A DNA stretch of 40,000 nt from an uncultured Oscillospiraceae bacterium (GTDB lineage: Bacteria > Bacillota > Clostridia > Saccharofermentanales > Fastidiosipilaceae), in the NCBI GenBank assembly GCA_964345295.1, contig CAYFQG010000011.1, positions 1-40,000 on the forward strand, written 5' to 3'. The position numbers and the translations under genes are program-made. Of this stretch, positions 38,811 through 40,000 are shown piece by piece. The notes beneath the pieces were generated by a model that worked only from the letters and a program-made list of their open reading frames with translations, ran no database searches and was not told the DNA's origin. How positions within the stretch are numbered: the first letter of the stretch is position 1; each line of letters opens with the position of its first letter.

Positions 38811-39551
38811 TTAAAGCCGGTCCAGATTTACCCTTTGGCCGGGTGTGGTCAGGCCCAAAATTTGTGTTTTTTTACCGACTTCTTCGCCCAACAAATCCGG
38901 CAACTTAACTCCACCGTTCAGATGATCGGGTACCAGATAGTCTGTATCCGCATGGTCTAAAAATACTTCGGCGCCCAACAGGGCCTTGGGCCCCAGGCGC
39001 AAATCTACCGGAATCATGCTGAGCCAAATTCGGTCCCCGTTTAAAAGATTCTCTAATAAGGATAGTTCCTTTAGATAGGCCGCTTCCATTACGCGGTCGG
39101 TATCCTTCTCTTCCCAATCCCAGAAATTAAGGTCACCGGCATGAAAAACCGGGCCGTCTGTCGTCCGAAGTAAGAAAGACGAACCCTCATCGGTCGATCC
39201 CAAAACATCCAGTGAAATGAGACCGGTCCTCTCTCTTTCCTCATCCGAAAACGGATGTGAAAAACCCTTCTTAACCTGGTAGACTCTATCGCTTTCTCGC
39301 GGCACATAATTAGGTGGCATAGGGCAGGTTTCATCCAGGAAGTAGCTACAAGTCCCCGGATGGTCAAAATCCAATATCTCAGAATTCCAATGGTCATAGT
39401 GACCGTGCGAAACAAAAAAGTAAACCGGCTTGGTGGTCGTGGTATAACGGGACAGAATTTCGGCCGGGTCATTGAAGAAATCAAAAACCAGGACCGCCTT
39501 GTCCAGCTCCAACAAAAAGCCGCTGTGGTTTAATAAAAACAATTGCTTCAC
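38811..39551 (-). CDS. MBL-fold metallo-hydrolase
   Basis: The start is placed at the GTG at 39551, preceded by GAGAGGAG with a 7-nt spacer. It carries the metal-binding motif VSHGHYDHW. The part of the tracked ORF upstream of this (to 39863) is antisense to a better-supported lipoprotein gene. Confidence 0.7.
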   Translation of the reverse strand: MKQLFLLNHSGFLLELDKAVLVFDFFNDPAEILSRYTTTTKPVYFFVSHGHYDHWNSEILDFDHPGTCSYFLDETCPMPPNYVPRESDRVYQVKKGFSHPFSDEERERTGLISLDVLGSTDEGSSFLLRTTDGPVFHAGDLNFWDWEEKDTDRVMEAAYLKELSLLENLLNGDRIWLSMIPVDLRLGPKALLGAEVFLDHADTDYLVPDHLNGGVKLPDLLGEEVGKKTQILGLTTPGQRVNLDRL

Positions 39552-39648
39552 GGACAAACTCCTCTCTAGCTTTGTATTGAAAGATTCTATCATGTATCTA
39601 GTGTATAATTCAGTTATCTTTGGCCTGTAAAGCGGAGGACAAATATAC

Positions 39649-40000
39649 ATGCATAGTTTTAAGAAAAAACTGATGGCCCTGAGCCTGGTATTTCTTGTGG
39701 GACTTAGTGCCTGTAAGGGTAACGGACCCGACGAGGATAAAACCGTCCCGTCCGAATCCACTCCGACTGTAAGTACGGAAGAAAGTGCTCCCACCAGAGC
39801 ACCCTTGTCCACCGATTCGGGCGAAGAGGAAGTGACCGATGCCGCTACGATAAACGAAATCACACGCTACGTCCGTGATACCGTTAACGGTCCCTTCAGA
39901 AGCTATACTGCCTTCCCTAACTTTACCGCCATTAATGAAATTCCTCCTATTGTCTTTGCCGGCAACCGCATGCTCAACCGGGTTACGACCGACTTGGGCT
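39649..40000 (+). CDS. Putative lipoprotein, N-terminal part (runs off right edge)
   Basis: The ATG at 39649 is preceded by GGAGGA with an 8-nt spacer and by a TATAAT at 39604-39609. The product starts MHSFKKKLMALSLVFLVGLSAC, a signal peptide with the lipobox L-S-A-C, followed by a low-complexity S/T/E/P linker. The frame stays open to the window end. It is absent from the ORF track because no stop is reached. Confidence 0.75.
   Translation, partial: MHSFKKKLMALSLVFLVGLSACKGNGPDEDKTVPSESTPTVSTEESAPTRAPLSTDSGEEEVTDAATINEITRYVRDTVNGPFRSYTAFPNFTAINEIPPIVFAGNRMLNRVTTDLG

Noticed and set aside
39552-39863. The upstream third of the 350-aa minus-strand ORF 38811-39863.
   Set aside because: It is antisense to a plus-strand gene with an SD, a TATAAT and a classic lipoprotein signal peptide starting at 39649. 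The MBL-fold homology begins only after the GTG at 39551, which has its own strong SD. The extension is a shadow ORF.

Overview
This is a chromosomal segment from a Bacillota (Firmicutes)-type bacterium. The assignment rests on hprK, rapZ-whiA, a long-form HPF, a CBS-domain family II pyrophosphatase and the rpsL-rpsG-fusA-tuf order. The window is mostly tightly packed housekeeping genes, and about 80 percent of them are on the minus strand: tuf, fusA, rpsG, rpsL, serS, trmL, whiA, rapZ, murB, hprK, thrC, folC, pcrA, hpf, gap, mfd and pth. I found no rRNA or tRNA gene, CRISPR array, transposase, integrase or phage gene. I see no convincing novel multi-gene system. Two leads stand out. (1) A dense cluster of seven DnaA-box-like 9-mers with an adjacent AT-rich tract lies at 38540-38744, upstream of pth-mfd. 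It could be an origin element, a DnaA-titration site or a regulatory site. (2) Four independent gene-decay scars all hit envelope or peptide-antibiotic-related functions, while every housekeeping gene around them is intact. They are a collapsed Bce-type module fused to a radical-SAM tail (29249-31198), a cell-wall glucosaminidase with three clustered in-frame stops (24331-25476), and a degraded ABC ATPase/permease pair (17689-19054). Minor observations: rapZ-whiA lacks the usual yvcK between them, an uncharacterised acidic protein leads the hprK operon, serS and a HAD gene have overlapping back-to-back promoters with a probable leaderless HAD mRNA, and a CtsR-like operator sits before hsp20. 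All family assignments come from motif recognition by eye. No database search was possible.
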